NCBI GenBank assembly: GCA_009779755.1
Contig: WRDO01000007.1
Span: forward strand, 21,165-85,164
Direction of reading: 5' to 3'
DNA: 64,000 bases
From: Defluviitaleaceae bacterium
Lineage (GTDB): Bacteria > Bacillota > Clostridia > Lachnospirales > WQUN01
Positions 18,263 to 28,053 of the stretch are shown here, piece by piece. A program made the translations under genes and the position numbers. The stretch's first letter is position 1. Every line of letters starts with the position of its first letter. The notes below the pieces were generated by a model. It had not been told where the DNA came from and did not search any database. It worked only from the letters and a program-made list of their open reading frames with translations.

Positions 18263-18838
18263 ATGCAATCAGATATGTTAAAGAATGCAGCATCCGCGTA
18301 CGCAAAGCTGCTGGGAAAAATATACCGGTACACGCTTGAAAACGGTTTGGTCATCCAAGTGCAATTTGCGCCCGGTTATTTTCATCACCTGTTAGGTTTG
18401 CAAAAAATCAAAGACGTTGACTTGGTCATCAAGGGCCCGCAAAACAGTCCAAATTACATATTCCGTAATATCCTTGATGGCTTGATCACAATGGATGACA
18501 TCAAAAAAAGCCGGTTCTTCGATGAAATCGACGCTCGGCTGAGGCATTTCAACCAAATAAACCGATTGATAGAGTTCAATAAAATTATCGTGGACTTCGA
18601 CCCCTCGCTCATTAATTCCAAACTCAATAAGGCTGATTACATCCTCTTCAAACGAAGCAACGATAATTTATTCCTCAATTTATTTTTGATGGCGGATGAA
18701 AAGGCACCTGCCATGCACGTTCCGCTGACCTTTTTGCCGGATAAGACCGATTATTACACTTATGGGCAAACGGTTATCAACATCATTTCCATGATTGAAA
18801 TTGAGCGCACCTCCAAAGGTTTTGTAAAAATTTCGTAA
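18263..18838 (+). CDS. hypothetical protein, PBECR4-like (BECR-fold nuclease) candidate
   Basis: Start moved to ATG 18263 (AGGGGTGG RBS); YRYTLENGLVIQVQFAPGYFHHLLGLQKIKDV resembles the F.HL.GL.KL core I remember for PBECR4 proteins; AT-rich gene. Confidence 0.45.
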   Translation: MQSDMLKNAASAYAKLLGKIYRYTLENGLVIQVQFAPGYFHHLLGLQKIKDVDLVIKGPQNSPNYIFRNILDGLITMDDIKKSRFFDEIDARLRHFNQINRLIEFNKIIVDFDPSLINSKLNKADYILFKRSNDNLFLNLFLMADEKAPAMHVPLTFLPDKTDYYTYGQTVINIISMIEIERTSKGFVKIS

Positions 18839-18968
18839 TAAATCGCAATAAAAGATTTACATTTATCAAACATATGGTATACTTGCTTTCGTCTACTATA
18901 AAAACCTACACTTTTTATAGGCGGACAACCGGTGGGGTAAACCACAAAACCAGCAAGGAGGGATATTT

Positions 18969-20879
18969 TTGAGAGCAAGGAAGATTTTTGCTTTGCTGTT
19001 AGCGGCGATCATGGCACTTTCACTGTTGCCCATGAGCGTGAGCGCCAGCACAAGCAGATTTCCGGATGTGCAGCAAGGCCGCTTCTATTACGATGCGGTC
19101 AACAGATGGGCAACCGAACAATACGGCATCGCCTTGGGGGACAGGACAACCGGTCTGTTTAACCCGAACGAACCGTTGACGCTCGGCACGTTAGCAGCCT
19201 TCGTTTCGCGTACGTTGGGCTACGAACGCCAAGTACCCGTATCGCAAACCACCCATCGCTCACTTCAGGATTACATTGAGAAAGCCGTGGCCGCAGGGCT
19301 TTATGAAGCCGTGGGCACCATCAACGGCGACGCCGTGGTGACCCGTGAACAAGCCTTCCGTTACATGGCTATTGCCTTCGGCATCGAACCCGTGCCGGGC
19401 AACACGGTATTTACCGACAACGCGCAAATCGGCGCGCAATTCAGACCCTACATCAACGCCATGGTCCTTGCGGGCCATGCCAACGCGGCGGGCGTAGGCG
19501 GCGGTGTCTTCGACCCGCAAGCACCATATTCCCGCGCACAATTCCTGACCGTATTGGACAGGATGACCAGCGAGATACTCGACGGTTCCGTGCGTGGTCG
19601 GATCTATCCGAGCAACCTTATCATCCGTTCGGGTGACGTAACCGTAACAGACACGGTCGTCAACGGCAACCTTATCGTCGGCCAAGGTGTAGGCGACGGC
19701 GATGTAGTCCTCGACAACGTGACCGTAAGGGGCGATGTCATCGTATACGGCGGCGGAGCCGACTCCATTAAGATCATTAACGGCAGCTCCGTAGGCAACC
19801 TTACGATTGCACGTATCGACGGTGCTGTACGCGTCTTCGTGGATGCAGGCAGCGAAGTTGAGTTCGTCTTCATCAACGACGGACGCGACGACATTATCAT
19901 CGAAGGTTCGGTAAATAACGTTACCGTTAATACCGATGTAAGCGTCACGATCAACGCCTCGGTAAACTCGGTAGTCGTACAAGCCCCGGGCGCAAACCTT
20001 TCCCTTGAAGCCGGCGCGGAAATCGGTGAGCTCACCGTAGCCGCAATCAACGCCGACATCACCTTGGGCGAGGACGTGGTCGTACACAACCTTGTTATTG
20101 AAGAAACAGCCGCCGCAGCATCCATCGTGATGGAAGAAGGCGCAAGCGTTTCCAACTTAGTGGTAGCCGCCGAAGACACGTCCTTGACGATCTCCGAAGG
20201 CGCCGAAGTAGAAACCCTTGTCCTGTACGAAACCGCCACAGGCTTTGAAGCCGAAGGTGAAGGCGAAATCGGCGATGTCATCAGCGACGTTGAAGACGCC
20301 GAAATCGCCGTAGAGGTAACCGGCGAAACAAGCACGGGCGCAGCGGACTTCGTAATCCCCGAAGCTCCGGATGTACAACCCGAGCCCCCGGCACCCCCGG
20401 TAGTAACACCCACACCGGAACCGGAACCGGAACCGACGCCTGCACCTACAGTAGCACCCACACCGGCACCCACACCGACGATTCCTCCGTTAGGTGGCGG
20501 CGGCGGTGGTGGCGGCGGCACGACACCGACACCAACATTCGGTTGGGTAACCGCCGACCCGGAAACATTCAAATCTCAAGTGTTGGTTATCGACGGTGCT
20601 GTAGCTTTGATTATGGTTGAAGTACCCGTGAGTGCCGGCGCCAACCCCGGTGCCAACCGTGGAGCAACCGGCACGGCAACCGCACTTAACCAATATCGTA
20701 TCGTCATCAACACTACGGGTACGGTACAAACACCGGCATCAGGCCCTTATGCTTTTGCCGTAATCAATAACGGGCAAACACGTCAATATCGCTTTGCCGT
20801 TGACTTGATTACCCCGGGAGCTGCAGCCAATCATGAAATACCGACCGTGACGCTTCAAGTGTCCGCACGAAATAATTAA
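18969..20879 (+). CDS. SLH-domain cell-surface protein with beta-helix-like repeats
   Basis: TTG start after AGGAGGGA; signal peptide MRARKIFALLLAAIMALSLLPMSVSAS; three SLH-like modules (FPDV..., ...VTREQAF..., FTDN...SRAQFL); about 250 aa of V/G/N/D-rich approximately 20-aa repeats; PEPEPEPTPAPT linker; run of nine Gly. Confidence 0.8.
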   Translation: MRARKIFALLLAAIMALSLLPMSVSASTSRFPDVQQGRFYYDAVNRWATEQYGIALGDRTTGLFNPNEPLTLGTLAAFVSRTLGYERQVPVSQTTHRSLQDYIEKAVAAGLYEAVGTINGDAVVTREQAFRYMAIAFGIEPVPGNTVFTDNAQIGAQFRPYINAMVLAGHANAAGVGGGVFDPQAPYSRAQFLTVLDRMTSEILDGSVRGRIYPSNLIIRSGDVTVTDTVVNGNLIVGQGVGDGDVVLDNVTVRGDVIVYGGGADSIKIINGSSVGNLTIARIDGAVRVFVDAGSEVEFVFINDGRDDIIIEGSVNNVTVNTDVSVTINASVNSVVVQAPGANLSLEAGAEIGELTVAAINADITLGEDVVVHNLVIEETAAAASIVMEEGASVSNLVVAAEDTSLTISEGAEVETLVLYETATGFEAEGEGEIGDVISDVEDAEIAVEVTGETSTGAADFVIPEAPDVQPEPPAPPVVTPTPEPEPEPTPAPTVAPTPAPTPTIPPLGGGGGGGGGTTPTPTFGWVTADPETFKSQVLVIDGAVALIMVEVPVSAGANPGANRGATGTATALNQYRIVINTTGTVQTPASGPYAFAVINNGQTRQYRFAVDLITPGAAANHEIPTVTLQVSARNN

Positions 20880-20894
20880 GGAGGGAGAACGACT

Positions 20895-21260
20895 ATGAGA
20901 AGACAAAGCAAAAAGAGTTCCAACGTGGTTAAAGTCTTATCGACAACCGCATTAGTCGCTGCCCTCACTGCGGGCACGATACCGGTGTATGGAGCAGATG
21001 TTATCTCGTTAAGCACCGATCCAACCTTCCCGCGCATTGAAGTAAGCGATTTGGCAGATAACCCCGAATACCGTCAATTAATTATTGACGCATTCTTGGC
21101 GCGTCAATCTGTCATGTTACATGAAGCAGGTGAAGGAAAAGGCCACGGTACAGAAATAAGCGCAGGCAAAACACTGGCAGATTGGTCAGCCGATGAAGTA
21201 GCTGATCATGACACTGACCGAATTGCTGTGCTTCCCTACGTGGAAGACGAAGCAATCTAA
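20895..21260 (+). CDS. small secreted protein (hypothetical)
   Basis: 121-aa ORF; signal peptide ending VYGADV; GGAGGGAG RBS; 15 nt after the SLH gene. Confidence 0.5.
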   Translation: MRRQSKKSSNVVKVLSTTALVAALTAGTIPVYGADVISLSTDPTFPRIEVSDLADNPEYRQLIIDAFLARQSVMLHEAGEGKGHGTEISAGKTLADWSADEVADHDTDRIAVLPYVEDEAI

Positions 21261-21281
21261 TATCCCCACCTTGCTACACCA

Positions 21282-21317
21282 ATAATAAGGGGGAACACCC
21301 TTGTTCCTCCTTATTAT
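21282..21317 (+). terminator. rho-independent terminator
   Basis: 16-bp stem ATAATAAGGGGGAACA / TGTTCCTCCTTATTAT (one G-U), loop CCCT, T-rich tract downstream. Confidence 0.75.
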
Positions 21318-21365
21318 GTACATATCTTGTTTCTTTATTCACAATTGCTGGGAGCGGTTCATTGC

Positions 21366-24300
21366 ATGAATCTTTTCATACGCAGTACCATCGATTTATC
21401 CCTTCTTACACCCACATTGGAAAGCATCACTTCAACCATATACAATACCGTTATCGAGGACGAACCGACCCGCGATGATGAGATTATTGATAATAAAGCC
21501 ATTGATGACGTGTTCACGCCGGAACCTTCTTTTTCCTTTATGTTACCCGTCACCGTGTTGTTGGATGTCTACCCTTACGAGCTTGTTCCGGATTCCTTCG
21601 CACAATACCTTTCCCTGCGGGAGAGGGGCGTAACCTTTACCCACGTACCTACCTTTTCCTTCACCCAAATGCAGGAGCCCTGTATCGTTATCGAAGCGGG
21701 GCAACGGTTAAACGATGACGTTATCCGTTATATCGGTTATTTCTTTGAAGACAGCGATTGCCCGCTGGTATTTATCCCCGTGTTGGGTGAAGGCGAATCT
21801 CTGCCGGAGGCCATACAAAACCTCCCCCCGGGCGGTATAGTCCATGATTTTGCCCCCTTACTTTCTTATAATTTTATTTGTGCCGCCAAGGATCCTTCCC
21901 TATTGGATGCCGGCGCTTTGCAAGCCGCCGTACGGCTGGGGTCATACGGCATCCTTAACAGGGTAACCGCCGAAGGGGCAACCATCCACCGTACGCTGAC
22001 AGCCCGCGACTTGTACGATTTGCCCGACACCAACCTCATCGAGGAATTTATCCTCAACCAAGCCACCCAACCCATCGAAACGGGTGACGAGGATATCGGA
22101 TTGCTTCTCCCCCATATCTCCCCTGCCCTCTTCGGGTTAAACCCGCCGGAGGTTAGGATCCTAAGCGTCACCAACCATTACGAAATGGCGGAGATCACGG
22201 GCGAATATATTACCGACGCACCCGATCGAGAAATCAAACCTTCCGCTTCCACGCAAATCATCTTCCATGAAACTACTCCCCTAAACCAAACCGTAAGGGA
22301 CAAGCTCATCCCAAGGTTTTCTTTCCGTTGCCGCTTGGCATTGGAAGAAGCGGAAACCTCCGTCACATTTAAATTAGGCCGCAAAACGATCCGCACCGAA
22401 ATGATTGCATTACCGGAGGATACCCGCAACTACGCCTTCACGTTTAAGAAAAACGCCTTGCAAATCAATAAGATCGCCATGCGTCCCCATTACAAGGTAT
22501 CCTGCATCATCCCCGTATACAACGCCGCACCTTATATCAACGAAGCGGTGGAAAGTATCATCGCCCAATCGTTGGACTTCTTCCCCTATATCCAAATCGT
22601 ACTGATCAACGACGGCAGCACCGACGACAGCCCCACCCTATGCGAAGCCTTGGCACAAAAATACCCGTACAACATCGTATACGCGTTGCAAGCCAACAAA
22701 GGCGCGAGTGCCGCGCGCAACGCGGGCCGCCGTTATGCCATGGGTGAATACATCCTTTTCTTGGACGCGGACGATTTGCTGGACGTTAACTTGATTCAAG
22801 CCGCCGTCAACGCGTTGGATAACAAACCAAACGCCAACTACGACTTCGTCGCGTTCCCCATCAAGATGTTCGGTACGGACAACCTTTCCCCGCCCGAGCT
22901 CACCCACCGATTCACTGATAACGGCGCGATCAATATCAAAACTGAACCCGATAAGGTGCAGTTCAGCGCAAGCGGCGTACTGATGCGCGCGGAGGCGATT
23001 AAAGGGATTTTCTTCGACGAAGAACTCACCGCCGCCGAGGACGCGGAATTTATTGCCCGCGCCTTCGCGGACAAGCAGCAATATCTGGCCTGTAAGGACG
23101 CCTTCTACCATTACCGCGTAACGCCGGGTAAATACGGCCGCAACCTCGGGCAATACGGGGGTACCGCCCTCTTCGCCGACCGTTTGGCGGCCTTCTCCAT
23201 GGAAAAATACGGCGCCGTTACCCCCTATATCCAACACGTTATCCTGCGCGACATCACCCGCGCTTTTATCCCCGAAACCGATACCGACGAAACCGAAGCC
23301 GCATTAATCGAAACCGCTGTCCGGCAGCTTACCGACGCCTTACGGCATGTGGACGATACGGCGATTAATAACGCCCGCAAGCTGACCCCCCACCAAAGGG
23401 AATACCTCCTGCGCCTGAAACAAGGCGAAGAAGCGGAAGCACCGGCAATCAATAAAATCCATATGGATTATATGCTGGAGCAAAATGGGAACGTGATCAT
23501 CCGCGGATATATCTATCTGCCCGATTACGACGGCATAAACCTCACGGCCCGTTGCGAAGCCACCGACACGGAATATACCGCCCGATTAACCGCCGATACG
23601 AGGGTTTCCGTCGATGTATTCGGCCTCAACCAATGCATGGCGCGGGCCTTTACCTTTACCATCCCCACCCCAAGCGAGGAAATCCTCCTGTCCTTTACGG
23701 CCGACGTCAGCTTCCCGCCCGGTTTCGTATTGATCGGCAAGGAATCCGTCGCCCACGCGTCGGATAACGATATCCGTATAGCCCCCCTTTCAAGGGAAAG
23801 CATAGCCAAAACCCTGCAAAACACCCCAAGCGCGAAAAAGGAAATCACCGACGAATATATCAACCTGTACCCCCTATTAAACGCCACGCGTCTTTGGCTC
23901 TTCGTTTCACCCAATCCGCTGGAAAAAAACGCGACCGCCCACTTCTACGACTATTGCGCAAGCCTCACCGACGGTATCGACTGCCGCTTGGTGGTATCCG
24001 CCGATGAAGTGCCCCTCCACCCGGAAGGTACGGCCATCGCCTTGGGCTCCAAAACCCACGCCACCATGTCCCTCTTCGCGGAAAAAATTATCATATCCGA
24101 CGCCGCCGAAATAAAACGCCTGCGCGATATGACGGGGCTTACCGTCGGCACCTTCCTATACCTGCCCAACCAAGCCCTAACCGAAGCCGACCGCCCCGCA
24201 TTAGCCGCCCTCAACGGTCTGCCGATAACCGCCGTCGCGCTCCTTTCCCCCCATGAAACGGACTTCCTCCCCGCGGGGCTTCTACGCGACGCCGCTTTTG

Positions 24301-24890
24301 TTACGGGCAACCCCATTTTCGACGCCCTGACCGACCGCGCCAACCCCCGCATCCTCTTTATGCCCAACTACCGCAAACACCTCTACCTCGGCGAAAATAA
24401 ATTTAACCCCGACTTCCGCGACTCCGAATACGCCACCCGCATCGGTGACATACTACTGGAAGAACGTTTCCTGGACGTAGCCGACGCCTTAGGCATCTCC
24501 GTAGATTTCGCCCCCCACGCCAAGACCTTCCTCCACCTCTCCGACCTCGAGCGCGACGACTCCGTAAAAGTCATTCCCCCCGCCTACCCCCGCCTGCCCC
24601 TGTGCCAAGACGCCGCCCTCCTCATCACCGACACCCTGCCCGCCCACGGCTTCGCTTACCTCAACAAACCCGTAATCTACTTCAACTTCGACCCCGACAA
24701 CACCCCCCCCCGCGACAACGCAGCCTTCGGCGAATCCACAAGCGACTTCGAGGAACTGATCGATCTGCTCGTGTACTATATGCAAAATAACTTTACGATT
24801 AAACCCGAATACAAAACCGTAGCCGACGGTTTCTTCCCCTACCGGGACGGGGAAAGCTGCAGGAGGGTTTATGAGGCAACACAATGCTAA
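21366..24890 (+). CDS. bifunctional GT2 glycosyltransferase / TagF-like CDP-glycerol glycerophosphotransferase with about 390-aa unknown N-domain
   Basis: ATG 21366 preferred over TTG 21327 (GGGAG upstream). GT2 core VSCIIPVYNAAPYINEAVESI..LINDGSTDDS..LFLDADD. C-terminal TagB/TagF-like region (ILFMPNYRKH.., FAPHAKTF.., ITDTLPAHGFAYLNKPVIYF). Confidence 0.8.
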   Translation: MNLFIRSTIDLSLLTPTLESITSTIYNTVIEDEPTRDDEIIDNKAIDDVFTPEPSFSFMLPVTVLLDVYPYELVPDSFAQYLSLRERGVTFTHVPTFSFTQMQEPCIVIEAGQRLNDDVIRYIGYFFEDSDCPLVFIPVLGEGESLPEAIQNLPPGGIVHDFAPLLSYNFICAAKDPSLLDAGALQAAVRLGSYGILNRVTAEGATIHRTLTARDLYDLPDTNLIEEFILNQATQPIETGDEDIGLLLPHISPALFGLNPPEVRILSVTNHYEMAEITGEYITDAPDREIKPSASTQIIFHETTPLNQTVRDKLIPRFSFRCRLALEEAETSVTFKLGRKTIRTEMIALPEDTRNYAFTFKKNALQINKIAMRPHYKVSCIIPVYNAAPYINEAVESIIAQSLDFFPYIQIVLINDGSTDDSPTLCEALAQKYPYNIVYALQANKGASAARNAGRRYAMGEYILFLDADDLLDVNLIQAAVNALDNKPNANYDFVAFPIKMFGTDNLSPPELTHRFTDNGAINIKTEPDKVQFSASGVLMRAEAIKGIFFDEELTAAEDAEFIARAFADKQQYLACKDAFYHYRVTPGKYGRNLGQYGGTALFADRLAAFSMEKYGAVTPYIQHVILRDITRAFIPETDTDETEAALIETAVRQLTDALRHVDDTAINNARKLTPHQREYLLRLKQGEEAEAPAINKIHMDYMLEQNGNVIIRGYIYLPDYDGINLTARCEATDTEYTARLTADTRVSVDVFGLNQCMARAFTFTIPTPSEEILLSFTADVSFPPGFVLIGKESVAHASDNDIRIAPLSRESIAKTLQNTPSAKKEITDEYINLYPLLNATRLWLFVSPNPLEKNATAHFYDYCASLTDGIDCRLVVSADEVPLHPEGTAIALGSKTHATMSLFAEKIIISDAAEIKRLRDMTGLTVGTFLYLPNQALTEADRPALAALNGLPITAVALLSPHETDFLPAGLLRDAAFVTGNPIFDALTDRANPRILFMPNYRKHLYLGENKFNPDFRDSEYATRIGDILLEERFLDVADALGISVDFAPHAKTFLHLSDLERDDSVKVIPPAYPRLPLCQDAALLITDTLPAHGFAYLNKPVIYFNFDPDNTPPRDNAAFGESTSDFEELIDLLVYYMQNNFTIKPEYKTVADGFFPYRDGESCRRVYEATQC

Positions 24891-26101
24891 AACCCTTAAC
24901 GGATGAACAACTTTTAGGATTATTAAACGATATCGAATCCGATAAATCGGAACGCAAGCAATCCATGCGGGGAAACACCCCCGACACCGCCCGTCAAGCC
25001 ATTTGCGCATTTGCAAATGATATGTCCGGCCACAATGAAGCGGGTGTTTTATTTATCGGAGCCGACGATAACGGCAACCCATCCGGCGAACCGATAACGG
25101 ATGAACTCATCAGGGTATTAGCTGACATAAAAACGGACGGTAAGATATTGCCGTTACCCGTAATGACGGTAGAAAAGCGTGTTTTAAAAGGTTCGGATAT
25201 GGCGATTATAACCGTAATGCCTTCGGACATGCCCCCCGTAAAATATAACGGGCGTATATGGATACGTACGGGGTCACGCAGGGTTATAGCGGGCGAACAG
25301 GACGAACGGATATTAAACGAAAAACGCAGGCACAAAAATTTACCCTACGATTTGTACCCGGTACCTACCGCAACAATCACCGACTTATCCCGGGCTTTAT
25401 TTGAAGACATATTTTTACCCGGCGCATTCGCGCCTGAAATATTGGATGAAAACAACCGAACTTATGAAGAACGTTTGGCATCATGTATGATGATTGTATC
25501 ACCCGAGGACACGACACCCACAGTACACGGTCTGCTTGCGATAGGAAAAACCCCGCAAACGCATATACCCGGCGCATATATTCAATTCATACGTATGGAT
25601 GGGAATGAACTGTCAAATGATGTAATCGACGAGGCAACCATATCCGGCCCCATCCCTAACATGATGACCCACATAAATCACGTAATTTCCGCCCACAACC
25701 GTCGCGCCTTCGACATAACCTCCGCACCAACACATAAGATAACGGAAACGTATCCCATATCCGCAATCCAACAAATTATTTATAATGCCGTTATGCACAG
25801 GACATACGAACGCACCAACGCACCCGTCCACTTCCATTGGTACGACGATCGTATCGAAATCATCAGCCCGGGCGGGCTATACGGTAACGTAACAATTGAC
25901 ACCTTGGGCAAACCCGGCGTAGTGGACTACCGAAACCCTAACCTCGCCGCAACCATGAAAACATATGGCCTCGTGCAACGCTTTGGCCGCGGGATAACCA
26001 TCACCCGGGACGAAATGAAGAAAAACGGCAACCCCGCACCGGAGTTCCATGCCGATCAAGGTCTTGTAAAATGCACCATGAGGAAAGGAAGTGCGTTATG
26101 A
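24884..26101 (+). CDS. AlbA_2 (Schlafen-like) DNA-binding / ATPase-like regulator family protein
   Basis: 405-aa ORF; N-terminal ESDKSERKQSM..AICAFANDMSGHNEAGVLFIGADDNG (AlbA_2 pattern); C-terminal RNPNLAATMKTYGLVQRFGRGI typical of this regulator family; overlaps both neighbours (ATGCTAA, ATGA). Confidence 0.65.
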   Translation: MLKPLTDEQLLGLLNDIESDKSERKQSMRGNTPDTARQAICAFANDMSGHNEAGVLFIGADDNGNPSGEPITDELIRVLADIKTDGKILPLPVMTVEKRVLKGSDMAIITVMPSDMPPVKYNGRIWIRTGSRRVIAGEQDERILNEKRRHKNLPYDLYPVPTATITDLSRALFEDIFLPGAFAPEILDENNRTYEERLASCMMIVSPEDTTPTVHGLLAIGKTPQTHIPGAYIQFIRMDGNELSNDVIDEATISGPIPNMMTHINHVISAHNRRAFDITSAPTHKITETYPISAIQQIIYNAVMHRTYERTNAPVHFHWYDDRIEIISPGGLYGNVTIDTLGKPGVVDYRNPNLAATMKTYGLVQRFGRGITITRDEMKKNGNPAPEFHADQGLVKCTMRKGSAL

Positions 26102-28053
26102 AAATTACCGTAATGATCGATTTAATGGATAACGAAACGGATATAAATAACCTCCGGCATTTATCTGACCTTCGGAACGCAAATGATGTTAACTTCGTAT
26201 TGATTACCGATAAAAAAAGATATGAAATTCCCATAATTAGCGATAAAACCTTAAACATAACGGTTCAAAAAGAAAAATCAAACATCCCCGGCATCGTGTT
26301 CCCCATGACGGGTAATGAAATATTAAATAAAAACGCCGTTGATTACATAAAAGATTTTTACCAATACAACGAAACAACTAAGGAAATTCCAAACGATGTA
26401 CGGGTATTGTTCGTATCCGAAGTGCAACCCCCTCCACAACAGGATTTATCAACACAAGAAGAACCCCCCGCTTTTTTAATCAGCTGTATCCTACCCATTT
26501 GCGAAGGTTCGGAACATCTGCGTGAAGCCATCGACAGCGTGATAAATCAAACGATAGGGTTTGAGGAAAATGTGCAGTTAATCATTATCGATGACGTACA
26601 GAATGATAAAATAAAATATATTTATAGTGAATATCAAGATAAATTCCCCAATAATCTTTTAATCATTAACCAATACCAACAAAGTCTGTGTGTTGCCAGG
26701 AACGCCGGTTTGGATGCAGCGAAGGGAAAATATATTTCTTTTTTGGATGAAGATGGGATTTATTATAATGATTATTTTGATGTATGCTATACACACCTTA
26801 ATGATCCCCGATATTCGTCTATTGTTATAACCGCAATTGAACCTTTGCAAAATGATGAATACGTATCACCTTTGCTCAACCTATATTTTAAGAGTACAAC
26901 GACGTTTTCATCGAAATCAAATTCACACAACATTCTTTCGACAGTATGTAATGTAATATATGACCGAGCGATTTCCGAAAATATATATTTCGATACACGG
27001 TTCGGTATATTTAATGAACTTGAATTCCTTCACCGTTTGTATTTGGAATATGAAAAATATACCGTAATAAGTACATCCAAATATTTTAAGCGAAATTGTT
27101 TAATTTCACGAGATTTACATTTTATTGATTACGATGAATTGGATTTTATTCGTCATTTATTCGATGTTTCGATTAACAAAACGGGTAAAATAACGCGATA
27201 TACAAAATACAATGCTTTTGCTTTGTTTGTATATTATCAAAATATAATACATAAAAATAAAAAATTTGACATTGAAGTACTTAGATCATTATTAAACGAA
27301 ATAGACGGTATCATTATAAGAAACGTATTAAAATCAAATAAACCGAATGATATGTTGATGCGCCAATTTATGCTTACACTAATCAACCAACCACAGCAAA
27401 TAAAAAATCAAATTATAATATTAAATTATGATACGGCCGATGAATGCATTACATTAAAAGGGTATTTTATTATTCCTTACAATCATGATTATGATATATT
27501 AATAACTTCCGGCAATGAAAATAATAATATACAAATCATACACCATGAATATGAAAAATATTTAGGATTCATAATTTCGGAAAAACGTTTCTTTACGGTT
27601 TTATGTTGTAATTGCGATTCGTTATTGTTTTATGCGATAGATCCTTCCGGAATGACGCAAAATATCCCGTGCTTACCATATTATGCGGAAGAAAACACCG
27701 ATTGGTTTAAGCTATGCGGCGAAAAACTATTTTCAGGTACTAAAAACAGCAATATTATAAACATCAACACGATTGAAAAAAAGCACTTAAAATTAATGCT
27801 TTCAGATATAATCAAAAAAACATATTTCGCCGCCGAATATGACGAAGAAATAAAAGTTATATACGATTACCTTCGTATAATTGAATTATTTCCTGAAGGA
27901 TATAATGCGCCGGATGTTTTAGACGGCGTCGAATACGGTTCCGGCGAACATAAGCTGTACTGCCTTCTTAATAAAAAAGAGTTCCCCTTCGATGCCGTTG
28001 AACATAAGGAATTTAACGCGATATATCACGGTATCACCGTCGACACACCATGA
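26098..28053 (+). CDS. GT2 glycosyltransferase with unknown N- and C-terminal extensions
   Basis: Start moved to ATG 26098 (ATGA overlap); SCILPICEGSEHLREAIDSVINQT..LIIIDDVQND..ARNAGL..ISFLDEDG GT2 core; about 370-aa unassigned C-terminus; very AT-rich. Confidence 0.75.
   Translation: MKITVMIDLMDNETDINNLRHLSDLRNANDVNFVLITDKKRYEIPIISDKTLNITVQKEKSNIPGIVFPMTGNEILNKNAVDYIKDFYQYNETTKEIPNDVRVLFVSEVQPPPQQDLSTQEEPPAFLISCILPICEGSEHLREAIDSVINQTIGFEENVQLIIIDDVQNDKIKYIYSEYQDKFPNNLLIINQYQQSLCVARNAGLDAAKGKYISFLDEDGIYYNDYFDVCYTHLNDPRYSSIVITAIEPLQNDEYVSPLLNLYFKSTTTFSSKSNSHNILSTVCNVIYDRAISENIYFDTRFGIFNELEFLHRLYLEYEKYTVISTSKYFKRNCLISRDLHFIDYDELDFIRHLFDVSINKTGKITRYTKYNAFALFVYYQNIIHKNKKFDIEVLRSLLNEIDGIIIRNVLKSNKPNDMLMRQFMLTLINQPQQIKNQIIILNYDTADECITLKGYFIIPYNHDYDILITSGNENNNIQIIHHEYEKYLGFIISEKRFFTVLCCNCDSLLFYAIDPSGMTQNIPCLPYYAEENTDWFKLCGEKLFSGTKNSNIININTIEKKHLKLMLSDIIKKTYFAAEYDEEIKVIYDYLRIIELFPEGYNAPDVLDGVEYGSGEHKLYCLLNKKEFPFDAVEHKEFNAIYHGITVDTP

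Noticed and set aside
19260-20572. Long minus-strand ORFs (275 aa and 322 aa) inside the SLH protein gene
   Set aside because: They are Ser/Thr/Pro/Gly/Val-rich low-complexity mirror translations of a repetitive GC-rich gene that has a signal peptide and SLH modules on the + strand. They have no RBS and no recognisable domain.
21321-21329. CATATCTTG resembling a sigmaK-type -10 (CATA---TA) upstream of the GT2-TagF gene
   Set aside because: It is a one-off degenerate match overlapping the T-rich tail of the upstream terminator, and there is no convincing -35 AC element. This is not enough to claim sporulation control.
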